A stretch of DNA of 64,000 nucleotides from an uncultured Candidatus Saccharibacteria bacterium (GTDB lineage Bacteria; Patescibacteriota; Minisyncoccia; Phycocordibacterales; UBA918). Under the pieces are notes generated by a model that saw nothing but the letters and a program-made list of their open reading frames with translations, was not told where the DNA came from and made no database searches. Of the stretch, positions 9,509-16,929 are shown piece by piece (position 1 is the first letter of the stretch; each line of letters starts with the position of its first letter). The position numbers and the translations under genes are program-made. The stretch covers positions 5,444-69,443 of the forward strand of contig CAYRMI010000004.1 in NCBI GenBank assembly GCA_964425625.1, in the 5' to 3' direction.

Positions 9509-10356
9509 CCTACATCCTCTTTGATATTGGTGGGACAAAGACACGAGTCGCTGTCACTGATGATCTACAAACTTTACGATCTAGTGTCGATTTTAAAACC
9601 AAATCAAATTTTAAGGAAGAAGTAGATCTAATCTGCAAATCAATCGACGGTCTGGTTAAAAAGCAAGACATCAAAGCCATGGCTGGAGGAGTTCGGGGAC
9701 TATTAAACGAAGAAAAGACTGGCATTCATAACGATACTGTCCTAAAAGGTTGGGCTGGTAAATCTCTGGTCGGTGCTTTGTCTGATCGCTACCAGGTTCC
9801 TGTCTATCTAGAAAACGACACCGCTTTAGCTGGTCTCGGGGAAGCAGTGTATGGCGCTGGGCAGGGACTGGATATTATTGCTTATCATTCGATTAGTACT
9901 GGAGTAGGAGGTGTCAAGATAGAAAAGGGAAAGCTCGATGAAGCCACTAGCGGTTTTGAGCCAGGACATCAGGTGCTTGATATTGACCGCACAATTTTGG
10001 GCGAAGATATATCGCCGACTTTAGAAAACTTGGTATCGGGCGCCGGTGTAGAAGCACGAGTGGGTAGTAAGCCATTTGAAATTCCCCAAGAGGATACGAT
10101 TTGGGATGAGTTGGCCGAATATCTGGCTCAGGGTTTGCGAAATACGATTTTGTATTGGTCGCCAGAGGTGATTGTACTTGGAGGGTCAATGATGGTGGGC
10201 GAGCCGAAGATTCCGGTGGAGGCCGTGCGCAAGTACACGGTGGAAGTGCTAGATGGTTTTGTGGATTGTCCGTTCATCACTCTTTCTGCACTTAAGGATG
10301 AAGCCGGCCTCTATGGGGCGATGGCCTATCTCAAAGAAAAAATGGTAAAGTCATAG
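9505..10356 (+). CDS. ROK family sugar kinase (putative glucokinase)
   Basis: MTYILFDIGGTKTRVAV (ATP-binding N-terminus) and ENDTALAGLGE (ROK motif). Translationally coupled to pgi. Confidence 0.75.
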   Translation: MTYILFDIGGTKTRVAVTDDLQTLRSSVDFKTKSNFKEEVDLICKSIDGLVKKQDIKAMAGGVRGLLNEEKTGIHNDTVLKGWAGKSLVGALSDRYQVPVYLENDTALAGLGEAVYGAGQGLDIIAYHSISTGVGGVKIEKGKLDEATSGFEPGHQVLDIDRTILGEDISPTLENLVSGAGVEARVGSKPFEIPQEDTIWDELAEYLAQGLRNTILYWSPEVIVLGGSMMVGEPKIPVEAVRKYTVEVLDGFVDCPFITLSALKDEAGLYGAMAYLKEKMVKS

Positions 10357-10406
10357 CTATTTACATTTAAGCTAATCAATGTTTTAATCTAGCCAGTCCG
10401 CACTAT

Positions 10407-10435
10407 GTTATGTGCGCGTTTTTCGATAGAAAGGA
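10407..10435 (+). terminator. Putative intrinsic terminator after the ROK kinase gene
   Basis: CGCAC-TATGTTAT-GTGCG hairpin followed by CGTTTTT. Confidence 0.4.
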
Positions 10436-10441
10436 AATATC

Positions 10442-10900
10442 ATGAGAAAAAGCTCAGAGAAATTTGTGATGTTCAAATTGGGCGCGAATACCGTCGCCTT
10501 ACGGGCGGAAGATGTAAGGTATCGGATAGATTGGCAGCTACCCATTACCACAATCGAGAATACTCCCCCCTACGTCCTTGGACGGACGATACTTTGTGCT
10601 GAGAAGGAAGTTGTCGTGCAAGATTTAGAGCGTCGCTTCTTTCCCTGTGCTTGCCTACCTACTCGGACGCTTACGCTTCTGGTTTGCTTGCCAGATCAAA
10701 GTCTGGCCGGCTTTATGGTCGATTATGACTGGGTGAGTGTAATCGAAATAGAGAAGCCTATGCGATATGGACCACTACCAGGCAACAATCCGCTCGATTC
10801 CTTTGTTGAAAGCATGGTTGTCTGGCGCGATAAGTTGCTGGGGGACAGCAACAAGTGTCTTTGGCTCTTAGATCCGCAAAAGCTAGCCCATATCAACTGA
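10442..10900 (+). CDS. CheW-like domain protein
   Basis: KFVMFKLGANTVALRAEDVRYRIDWQLPITTIENTPPYVLGRTILCAEKEVVVQDLERRF aligns with E. coli CheW [71 protein letters not shown] lies upstream. Confidence 0.45.
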   Translation: MRKSSEKFVMFKLGANTVALRAEDVRYRIDWQLPITTIENTPPYVLGRTILCAEKEVVVQDLERRFFPCACLPTRTLTLLVCLPDQSLAGFMVDYDWVSVIEIEKPMRYGPLPGNNPLDSFVESMVVWRDKLLGDSNKCLWLLDPQKLAHIN

Positions 10901-10918
10901 GACGGTCTTAGCAACAGA

Positions 10919-10970
10919 CGGCCACCACCAATCAAAATAAGCTTATTTTGATTGGTGGTGGCCGTTTTTT
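10919..10970 (+). terminator. Strong rho-independent terminator
   Basis: GGCCACCACCAATCAAAATA-AGC-TTATTTTGATTGGTGGTGGCC is a roughly 20-bp stem, followed by GTTTTTT. Confidence 0.85.
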
Positions 10971-11206
10971 ATATAAGCCAAAGACAGGAAATAGAATCTA
11001 AAAGATTGACTAAACAGCCAAATCATGCTTTAATAATAAAAATCCGCGGTTTGTGCTATGATTTTGCGGTTACCGACCTCTGGTTGGTATTTATTAAATA
11101 AGACCATTGGCTTATTTTATCCACTGTCATACTTGCGGTTCTAGCTGCTACTTCCTTTTCTTCAGCTATTCCTCAAAGTGCAGAGTACGGTTACATTGCT
11201 ACCACC

Positions 11207-11554
11207 GTGGTAGCAGAAGAAGTAACGAGTACGACAGCTCTCAATACTGAGAAAATCGTCCGTTCTTACTTCCGTGACCTGCCAGTTATGGTACAAATTG
11301 CCCGTTGCGAGTCTACTTTTCAGCATACATTAGCTGATGGGACCATCCTCAAAGGAAGGGTCGATCCAGCTGATACCGGTGTGATGCAAATCAACAAGCG
11401 GTACCATGAGAAGACTGCAACCGCGATGAACCTTAACCTCGATGATATTTATCACAATATGGCCTATGCCCGCTATCTCTATGAGACACAGGGTACACAG
11501 CCATGGAGTGCTTCGGCTCCTTGTTGGAGTCCGACTCTTGCGATGAATATCTAA
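11207..11554 (+). CDS. Lytic transglycosylase-like (GH23/SLT-type) protein
   Basis: ARCESTFQH...DGTILKGRVDPADTGVMQINKRYH fits the SLT catalytic pattern (E-S ... G.MQI). The track ORF starts at GTG 11207. An in-frame hydrophobic segment upstream (LILSTVILAVLAATSFSSAIPQS) has no canonical start codon. Confidence 0.5.
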   Translation: MVAEEVTSTTALNTEKIVRSYFRDLPVMVQIARCESTFQHTLADGTILKGRVDPADTGVMQINKRYHEKTATAMNLNLDDIYHNMAYARYLYETQGTQPWSASAPCWSPTLAMNI

Positions 11555-11562
11555 AATAAACA

Positions 11563-11590
11563 CAAAAAGCGCCTCTGGGCGCTTTTTGTG
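11563..11590 (+). terminator. Intrinsic terminator after the SLT-like gene
   Basis: AAAAGCGCC-TCTG-GGCGCTTTT followed by TGTG/T-rich sequence. Confidence 0.6.
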
Positions 11591-11609
11591 TATACTAGTT
11601 AGAATAATT

Positions 11610-12086
11610 ATGGCAAAAAAATACTGGATAATGAAGAGCGAGCCTAGTGAGTTTGGGATTGATGACTTGGCTAGAAAGGGGAGTGCACTCTGGGACGGGG
11701 TGAGAAATTACCAAGTGCGCAATATGTTTCGGGATGATATGAAGGTCGGAGATTTAGCTTTGTTCTATCATTCTAACTGTAAAGAGATTGGGGTGGTGGG
11801 GGAGATGAAAATATTGGAGACAGCGAAGCCTGATCCGACGCAGTTTATAGCCGTGCACAAGTATTTTGATCCTAAGTCTTCGCCTGAAAATCCACGTTGG
11901 CTCGGACCGGTAGTGGGGTATATGAGAAAGTTTCCTCGTACTGTGTCGCTTGATGAACTTAAAGCGGATGCGGTGTTTTCTGACTTACCATTTATACAGA
12001 AGGGGAATCGACTGTCGGTGATTGAGATTTCAAAAAACCAGTATCAGACTATTTGCCGTCTGGCGAAGATTAAAAAGATAATATGA
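11610..12086 (+). CDS. EVE (PUA-like) domain protein
   Basis: MAKKYWIMKSEPSEFGIDDLARKGSALWDGVRNYQVRNMFRDDMKVGDLALFYHS matches the EVE/thymocyte-nuclear-protein-1 N-terminal consensus. Start moved to ATG 11610. Confidence 0.7.
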   Translation: MAKKYWIMKSEPSEFGIDDLARKGSALWDGVRNYQVRNMFRDDMKVGDLALFYHSNCKEIGVVGEMKILETAKPDPTQFIAVHKYFDPKSSPENPRWLGPVVGYMRKFPRTVSLDELKADAVFSDLPFIQKGNRLSVIEISKNQYQTICRLAKIKKII

Positions 12087-12865
12087 AGATAGGTTTTTTT
12101 GATTCTGGTTTAGGCGGACTAATAATACTAAAGGCAGTAGCCAAGCATCTGCCAGAGTATGACTATGAATACTATGGTGATACAGCCAATGTGCCCTATG
12201 GTGATAAAACCGAGGAAGAAATTTTTGCTTTGACTAAGGCTGGAGTAGAACACCTTTTTTCGCGAGACTGCGCCTTGGTAATTATTGCCTGCAACACCGC
12301 TTCGGCTGAGACACTGCGAAAACTACAGGACTCAATCCTGGTTGGTGATTATGAAGACAGGAGAATACTGGGAGTGATTATTCCGACCGTAGAGACGGTT
12401 ATCGATAGTGAAGTAAAAGACGTGATGTTGTTTGCTACCAAACGAACAGTAGAATCACAGAAATATACCAAGGAGTTTAGTAAGCTAGATAGTACCTTAA
12501 ACCTCTCGGCCAAAGCCCTGCCGGCACTAGTCCCACTGATTGAGAACGGGGACTGGGAAAAAGCTGAGGAGATGCTGTGTGCTGAGACAAGACAGGCGAT
12601 TGATGGAGGCACTAAAAATATTATTCTGGGGTGTACTCATTACAGCTTATTAAAAGATAAGGTGAGAGCTGTGTCTGGCGTAGGGGAAGTATATTCTCAA
12701 GATGAAATTATCCCTCATAAAATCGCCGAATATCTACAGCGACACCCAGAGATTACACAAAGACTTTCTAAGACAGGAAAACGGGAAATAATCATCACCA
12801 AGCACAACCCACACTATGACCGCTTGACTGCCGAATTTCTCGGTGGGGTGTACCTACCAGAGTAG
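12083..12865 (+). CDS. murI: Glutamate racemase
   Basis: MKIGFFDSGLGGL, VIIACNTASAETL and ILGCTHYSLL are the two catalytic Cys regions of MurI. Overlaps the EVE gene stop (ATGA). Confidence 0.85.
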   Translation: MKIGFFDSGLGGLIILKAVAKHLPEYDYEYYGDTANVPYGDKTEEEIFALTKAGVEHLFSRDCALVIIACNTASAETLRKLQDSILVGDYEDRRILGVIIPTVETVIDSEVKDVMLFATKRTVESQKYTKEFSKLDSTLNLSAKALPALVPLIENGDWEKAEEMLCAETRQAIDGGTKNIILGCTHYSLLKDKVRAVSGVGEVYSQDEIIPHKIAEYLQRHPEITQRLSKTGKREIIITKHNPHYDRLTAEFLGGVYLPE

Positions 12866-12943
12866 GATAGGTGATATTTTTTCTGTACTGCTCCGCTCCG
12901 TGAAGGATGTTCTAACCACTCAATTCCATGCTAGGAAAGGTCT

Positions 12944-13966
12944 TTATTTTTGTAAGGGGTGGAATTTGTGATGAGTGTCTTCGGCGTAGCGGTCTGAGGC
13001 ATGGACGTAGCGGGTGGTTGTCTCTAATGATTCGTGACCAAGGAGAATTTGGATAGCTGCGGGGTTGGCGCCTTGCTCAGCTAGGTAGGTAGCGTAACCA
13101 TGGCGGAGGGAGTGAGCACTGGTGGGGACGATAATACCAAGTAGTTCGCGGTAGCGTTTAATTTTTGACTGGAGGTAATTAGGGGAGATGTGCTTTTTCT
13201 TGTCGGTGGCATTAGCCCCTCTCTTCGCTACGAATAAGTAGGGAAGCTCATCATCACGCAGTTTTAGGTATTCACCGATGTGATTTTGGGCTCGCTCAGT
13301 TAAATAAATGAAACGTTGTTTTTTACCTTTACCCTCGATGAAGATCTTTCCGGTTTGATCAATCTGATTGCGACGGAGGTTGATGAGTTCGGAGATACGC
13401 ATACCACTGGCAAACAGTGTCTCGAGCATGGCGCGATTACGCAGGGCGACAAATTTATTTCTTTCATACTGCATAGGGGACTCAATCAACTTTACTAATT
13501 CTTCCATCTCAGAAATCTGCGGGTGGCGCTTCTCGCGTCGTAGGAGTTTGATGACACTGGGATCGACGGGTACGTCGTAGTCCATGTCGATGAGGTAGGT
13601 TAGGTAACGACGTAGTGAGGTGAGGTGGCGATTGATAGTACCGCTGGTCAGTTTTTGGTTGGATTCTTGGTTGGCAGCGGTTTTCCGGTCAGAGGAATTT
13701 AGGTACGCCTTGTATTGTTCGATGGTTCTTTTGGTTACCTTACTAAAGAGTAGGGAAGAGAGGTCGTTCTTAAGAAAATTGGCAAAGGTCTCCAAGTCGC
13801 GTTCGTAGTTGTATAAAGTTTCCCCGGAATAATTGTTGGCTTGGATATGTAATAAAAAATCATCGAGCGCCGGTAGGAGATCGGTGGAATCATTTTTATT
13901 TTTAGTAGTGGAATTATTTTTTCGCATATGACTACGGTGGGGAGTAGCTTCCCACATACTTAACAT
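12944..13966 (-). CDS. Tyrosine recombinase (XerC/XerD-like, phage-integrase family)
   Basis: Catalytic C-terminus LRHGYATYLAEQGANPAAIQILLGHESLETTTRYVH (HxxR ... Y). The N-terminal core-binding region LDDFLLHIQANNYSGETLYNYERDLETF is Xer-like. The true start may be the internal M at 13927. Confidence 0.8.
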   Translation of the reverse strand: MLSMWEATPHRSHMRKNNSTTKNKNDSTDLLPALDDFLLHIQANNYSGETLYNYERDLETFANFLKNDLSSLLFSKVTKRTIEQYKAYLNSSDRKTAANQESNQKLTSGTINRHLTSLRRYLTYLIDMDYDVPVDPSVIKLLRREKRHPQISEMEELVKLIESPMQYERNKFVALRNRAMLETLFASGMRISELINLRRNQIDQTGKIFIEGKGKKQRFIYLTERAQNHIGEYLKLRDDELPYLFVAKRGANATDKKKHISPNYLQSKIKRYRELLGIIVPTSAHSLRHGYATYLAEQGANPAAIQILLGHESLETTTRYVHASDRYAEDTHHKFHPLQK

Positions 13967-14007
13967 AATACAACAAGAGTCGGGAATAGAGCCTATTTAC
14001 TATGTTG

Positions 14008-14041
14008 ATAACTGAGTATAATTACTCTAATACTCAGTTAT
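14008..14041. promoter_or_regulatory. Perfect inverted repeat (12-bp arms, 10-bp spacer) immediately upstream of the Xer-like recombinase gene; candidate dif-like recombination site or autoregulatory operator
   Basis: ATAACTGAGTAT-AATTACTCTA-ATACTCAGTTAT lies 42 bp upstream of the recombinase start codon. Confidence 0.45.
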
Positions 14042-14771
14042 GTATATAAAATAACGCTGTATTCTACTATCGGTGTCTCCCCCGGCATTTTTGCTTTTTT
14101 GGTCTTAGATCTGGTTATGTGTACTTATATTATTCTCATTAATAATCTTAATCGCATGAAGAATCTCTTAGCTCTTTGTATATTTCCTTAAGTTTTTATT
14201 TTAAATTTATTTAATTAGTTTTATGTGTAGTATATTTTGACAAAATTTGTCACTTTTTAAATTAAAGCAAAATCACTCAGTTATCTGACTACTGACTACA
14301 ATCCTACCAATTTTGACGCTCTACAATCGATTTTAAGGCTCGCGAGCAATTATGAGACGTAGGTAGTATCCTCTAAGAAGACTCGCCAAGCGGATGAGTT
14401 TTTTACGATAATAAATTTCACCCAAAATCAGTCGTCTGATGATAAATATTTATAATAATATTAAAAATTTAATTTTTAAAAAAATATTTCAAACTCTAAA
14501 CTCTAATAACTTTAATAAATAAATTTTAAGAAAAAATTCATTTATAAAAATTTATTTTTCTATTGAACCCATAGTGACGCTACGTTCTAGTGAAGAATCG
14601 TAATACCGGTACCTTATAAAAGGTCCAAATTAAAATTTCTCATTCCATCAGATGCCCCTACTTCCCTACCAAAATTGAATTTTTTGCGACTTTAATTCAA
14701 TATATGGCTTATAATAAGGATTTTTGTATTAAAATTGATTTTATTAAGGATATTGGTATAAAAATTTTATT

Positions 14772-15638
14772 CTACCACCGTCCACTCGCTCCGCCACCAC
14801 CAGATCTACCGCCACCAAAACCACCAAATCCTCCACTGCTTCTACCTCCGCTACTAAACATTCCTCCACTTCGCCCGCTACCGCCGGGCCCCCCACCTCT
14901 TCTGGAGACAATCAAATCAAAAATTAAACCTAAAATACCAAAGATTAAACCAGCTGCAATGGCAGTTTGTGTAGTGCCAAATATCAACCCTGCTATCGAA
15001 CCAAATAACAGCCCTATAACCCCTCCGAGCCAAAAGGATTTTGTACTACCCAAAAACACCGCTAAGGCAACGATTATCATGCCTATAAAAGGAGAGATAT
15101 CAAAATCTACTTCTCCTTGACCTGTTTGATTTTCCACCGCACTGGGTAATACAGTAGATTCTGTAATCGCCTCGGTGACTTTATCAATCGCGCCCGAGAT
15201 ACCGGTGAAGTAGTCTTCGTTTTTGAAGGCGGGGGTGATAATGTCTCTTATTATCCAAAATGCTTGGGCGTCAGTAATTGTTCCCTCCAAACCATAGCCA
15301 ACTTCAATCCGCATCGCTCGCTCCTCCATGGCTATTAGTAGTAACAAACCATTATCCTTGTCCTTCTTCCCAATCCCCCACTCTGCAAATAACTGCACTG
15401 CATAATTTTCTACCGTCTCACCATCGAGGCTTTTTACTGTTACTACCGCCACTTCACTACCTTCGCTTGACGCTAGGTTTCTCAGTTTAGTTTCTAAGAC
15501 AACTTCCTGCTCTTCTGTGAGAATCTCGGCGTAGTCATTGACATAACCAGTCGGTTGACCGGGAGCTTTAAATGCCAGTACAGGAGAGAAACTTATTATT
15601 AATAGTACTGGTAGTAATATCCAGCTTTTCTTTGACAT
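14772..15638 (-). CDS. TPM domain protein (YgcG-like) with signal peptide, C-terminal TM helix and Gly-rich tail
   Basis: KAPGQPTGYVNDYAEILTEEQEVVLETKLRNLASSEGSEVAVVTVKSLDGETVENYAVQLFAEWGIGKKDKDNGLLLLIAMEERAMRIEVGYGLEG is a TPM/DUF477 core. The GGGxGGSGRSGG tail is typical of YgcG. Start overlaps the lemA stop. Confidence 0.75.
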   Translation of the reverse strand: MSKKSWILLPVLLIISFSPVLAFKAPGQPTGYVNDYAEILTEEQEVVLETKLRNLASSEGSEVAVVTVKSLDGETVENYAVQLFAEWGIGKKDKDNGLLLLIAMEERAMRIEVGYGLEGTITDAQAFWIIRDIITPAFKNEDYFTGISGAIDKVTEAITESTVLPSAVENQTGQGEVDFDISPFIGMIIVALAVFLGSTKSFWLGGVIGLLFGSIAGLIFGTTQTAIAAGLIFGILGLIFDLIVSRRGGGPGGSGRSGGMFSSGGRSSGGFGGFGGGRSGGGGASGRW

Positions 15639-16198
15639 TAGTTGGTAAATTTAACGGCTGGTGCTGTCTCCGCTCCTTCTACACTCTCAAAATATGGACG
15701 TTCTTCATAACCTAGTGAAGAAGCTATCCATTTAGTTGGTATTTGTTTGATACGAACGTTAAAGCTTTTTACCAAGTCATTAAACCGCATACGCTCAACG
15801 CTAATCCGATTTTCAGCACCCTCTAGTTGCGCCATGAGCGTTTGCATATTATCAGAAGACTTTAGTTGCGGATAATTTTCCATTATTACCAAGAGTCGAG
15901 CCAGCGCACCCTCTACTTCATTAGCTGCTGCTACCTTATCATCAACACTAGAAGCTCCGGCGTAGCGAGTGCGCGCTTCAGCAATAGCGGTAAAGATAGC
16001 TTGTTCTTGGGACATTATTCCCTTAACTGACTCAACTAAATTGGGAATCAAATCAAATCGACGTTGGTACTGAGTCTCCACCTGGGCCCATTGTCCATCG
16101 ACACTTTCGTTCAAAGCGACTAAAGAATTGTAAGTTGTCCAATAATATAAACCGCCCAGCATCACGATTGCCAACAAAACACCTAATATAGTTTTCAT
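15638..16198 (-). CDS. lemA: LemA family protein
   Basis: MKTILGVLLAIVMLGGLYYWTTYNSLVALNESVDGQWAQVETQYQRRFDLIPNLVESVKG is a conserved LemA N-terminus. The LemA-TPM gene pair is a well-known conserved dyad. Confidence 0.8.
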   Translation of the reverse strand: MKTILGVLLAIVMLGGLYYWTTYNSLVALNESVDGQWAQVETQYQRRFDLIPNLVESVKGIMSQEQAIFTAIAEARTRYAGASSVDDKVAAANEVEGALARLLVIMENYPQLKSSDNMQTLMAQLEGAENRISVERMRFNDLVKSFNVRIKQIPTKWIASSLGYEERPYFESVEGAETAPAVKFTN

Positions 16199-16299
16199 AA
16201 TTTAAATTATAAAACTAAATCTAGTGAGTATCAATGAATTACTGTTTAATATTATCGTTAATAAATAAGATTAAACTTGGTACAATAATAGAAATAGAT

Positions 16300-16815
16300 A
16301 TGAAATTAAAAAATTTGTTGCTGGGACAAATAACGGTACTGTCTGCCGGTACGTTTTTTGCTTGGTATACTGTATACACTGATTTCGTCGCTTTCTTGGC
16401 TGTCTACGATACTATTTTACGTTTTAGTGATTGTACTCCGCCTAATCCATTTACGCAGGCCTGCTTCTACGGCGCCTTCGTGTTTATTATCGCTCTGGTT
16501 TGGTCGGTGCGCCTATATAATACTGATGTCACTAGTCAGGTAAATAGCCAGCGTAAACTAACCTATCTCTTAGTTTTGGGTACCCTATTTGGCTGGAGCA
16601 ACTTTACCTATATGCTCTACAGTGCCAATACCCCATCTCCAAGTAGTTTTACTTGTGTCATCACCCCTGATACTAACCCCTTCACTACCGCCTGCTTTAT
16701 TGGCTCCGTCTTTTTTACTTTAGGTCTTTTAATTGCAGTCTATATCTATCGATCACTTAAAAGTGATAAATTAGGTGACAAAACAAACCCACACACTATC
16801 AGCCTAGACAACTAA
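16300..16815 (+). CDS. Hypothetical integral membrane protein with an internal duplicated Cys-containing motif
   Basis: Four predicted TM helices. The motif C-x2-P-x-NPFT-x-AC-F occurs twice (CTPPNPFTQACF and CVITPDTNPFTTACF), each between TM helices. Start moved to ATG 16300 (MKLKNLL). Confidence 0.4.
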   Translation: MKLKNLLLGQITVLSAGTFFAWYTVYTDFVAFLAVYDTILRFSDCTPPNPFTQACFYGAFVFIIALVWSVRLYNTDVTSQVNSQRKLTYLLVLGTLFGWSNFTYMLYSANTPSPSSFTCVITPDTNPFTTACFIGSVFFTLGLLIAVYIYRSLKSDKLGDKTNPHTISLDN

Positions 16816-16929
16816 ATTTTAGAGGAGTAGCATATAGGTATTAGTAGCTAAAATTTAATTATTTGCGGTTTTATTCATAAGACACCAATAATACACATAT
16901 TACATTTATTGGCGCTCAGTCGTCATATC

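Noticed and set aside
10405-10602. 65-aa ORF overlapping the CheW-like gene start
   Set aside because: Out-of-frame overlap with a better-supported gene (RBS plus CheW homology).
11118-11126. DnaA-box-like TTATCCACT
   Set aside because: Single copy with one mismatch, located inside a probable signal-peptide coding or promoter region. No clustered boxes or adjacent dnaA.
13300-13808. Several 60-70-aa ORFs on both strands inside the recombinase gene
   Set aside because: Shadow ORFs within a well-supported tyrosine-recombinase coding region.
13967-14771. Search for a tRNA gene as integration target next to the recombinase
   Set aside because: No GTTCRANYC T-loop/acceptor-stem pattern found by eye. 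The region is too AT-rich and lacks cloverleaf complementarity. tRNAscan would be needed to be certain.
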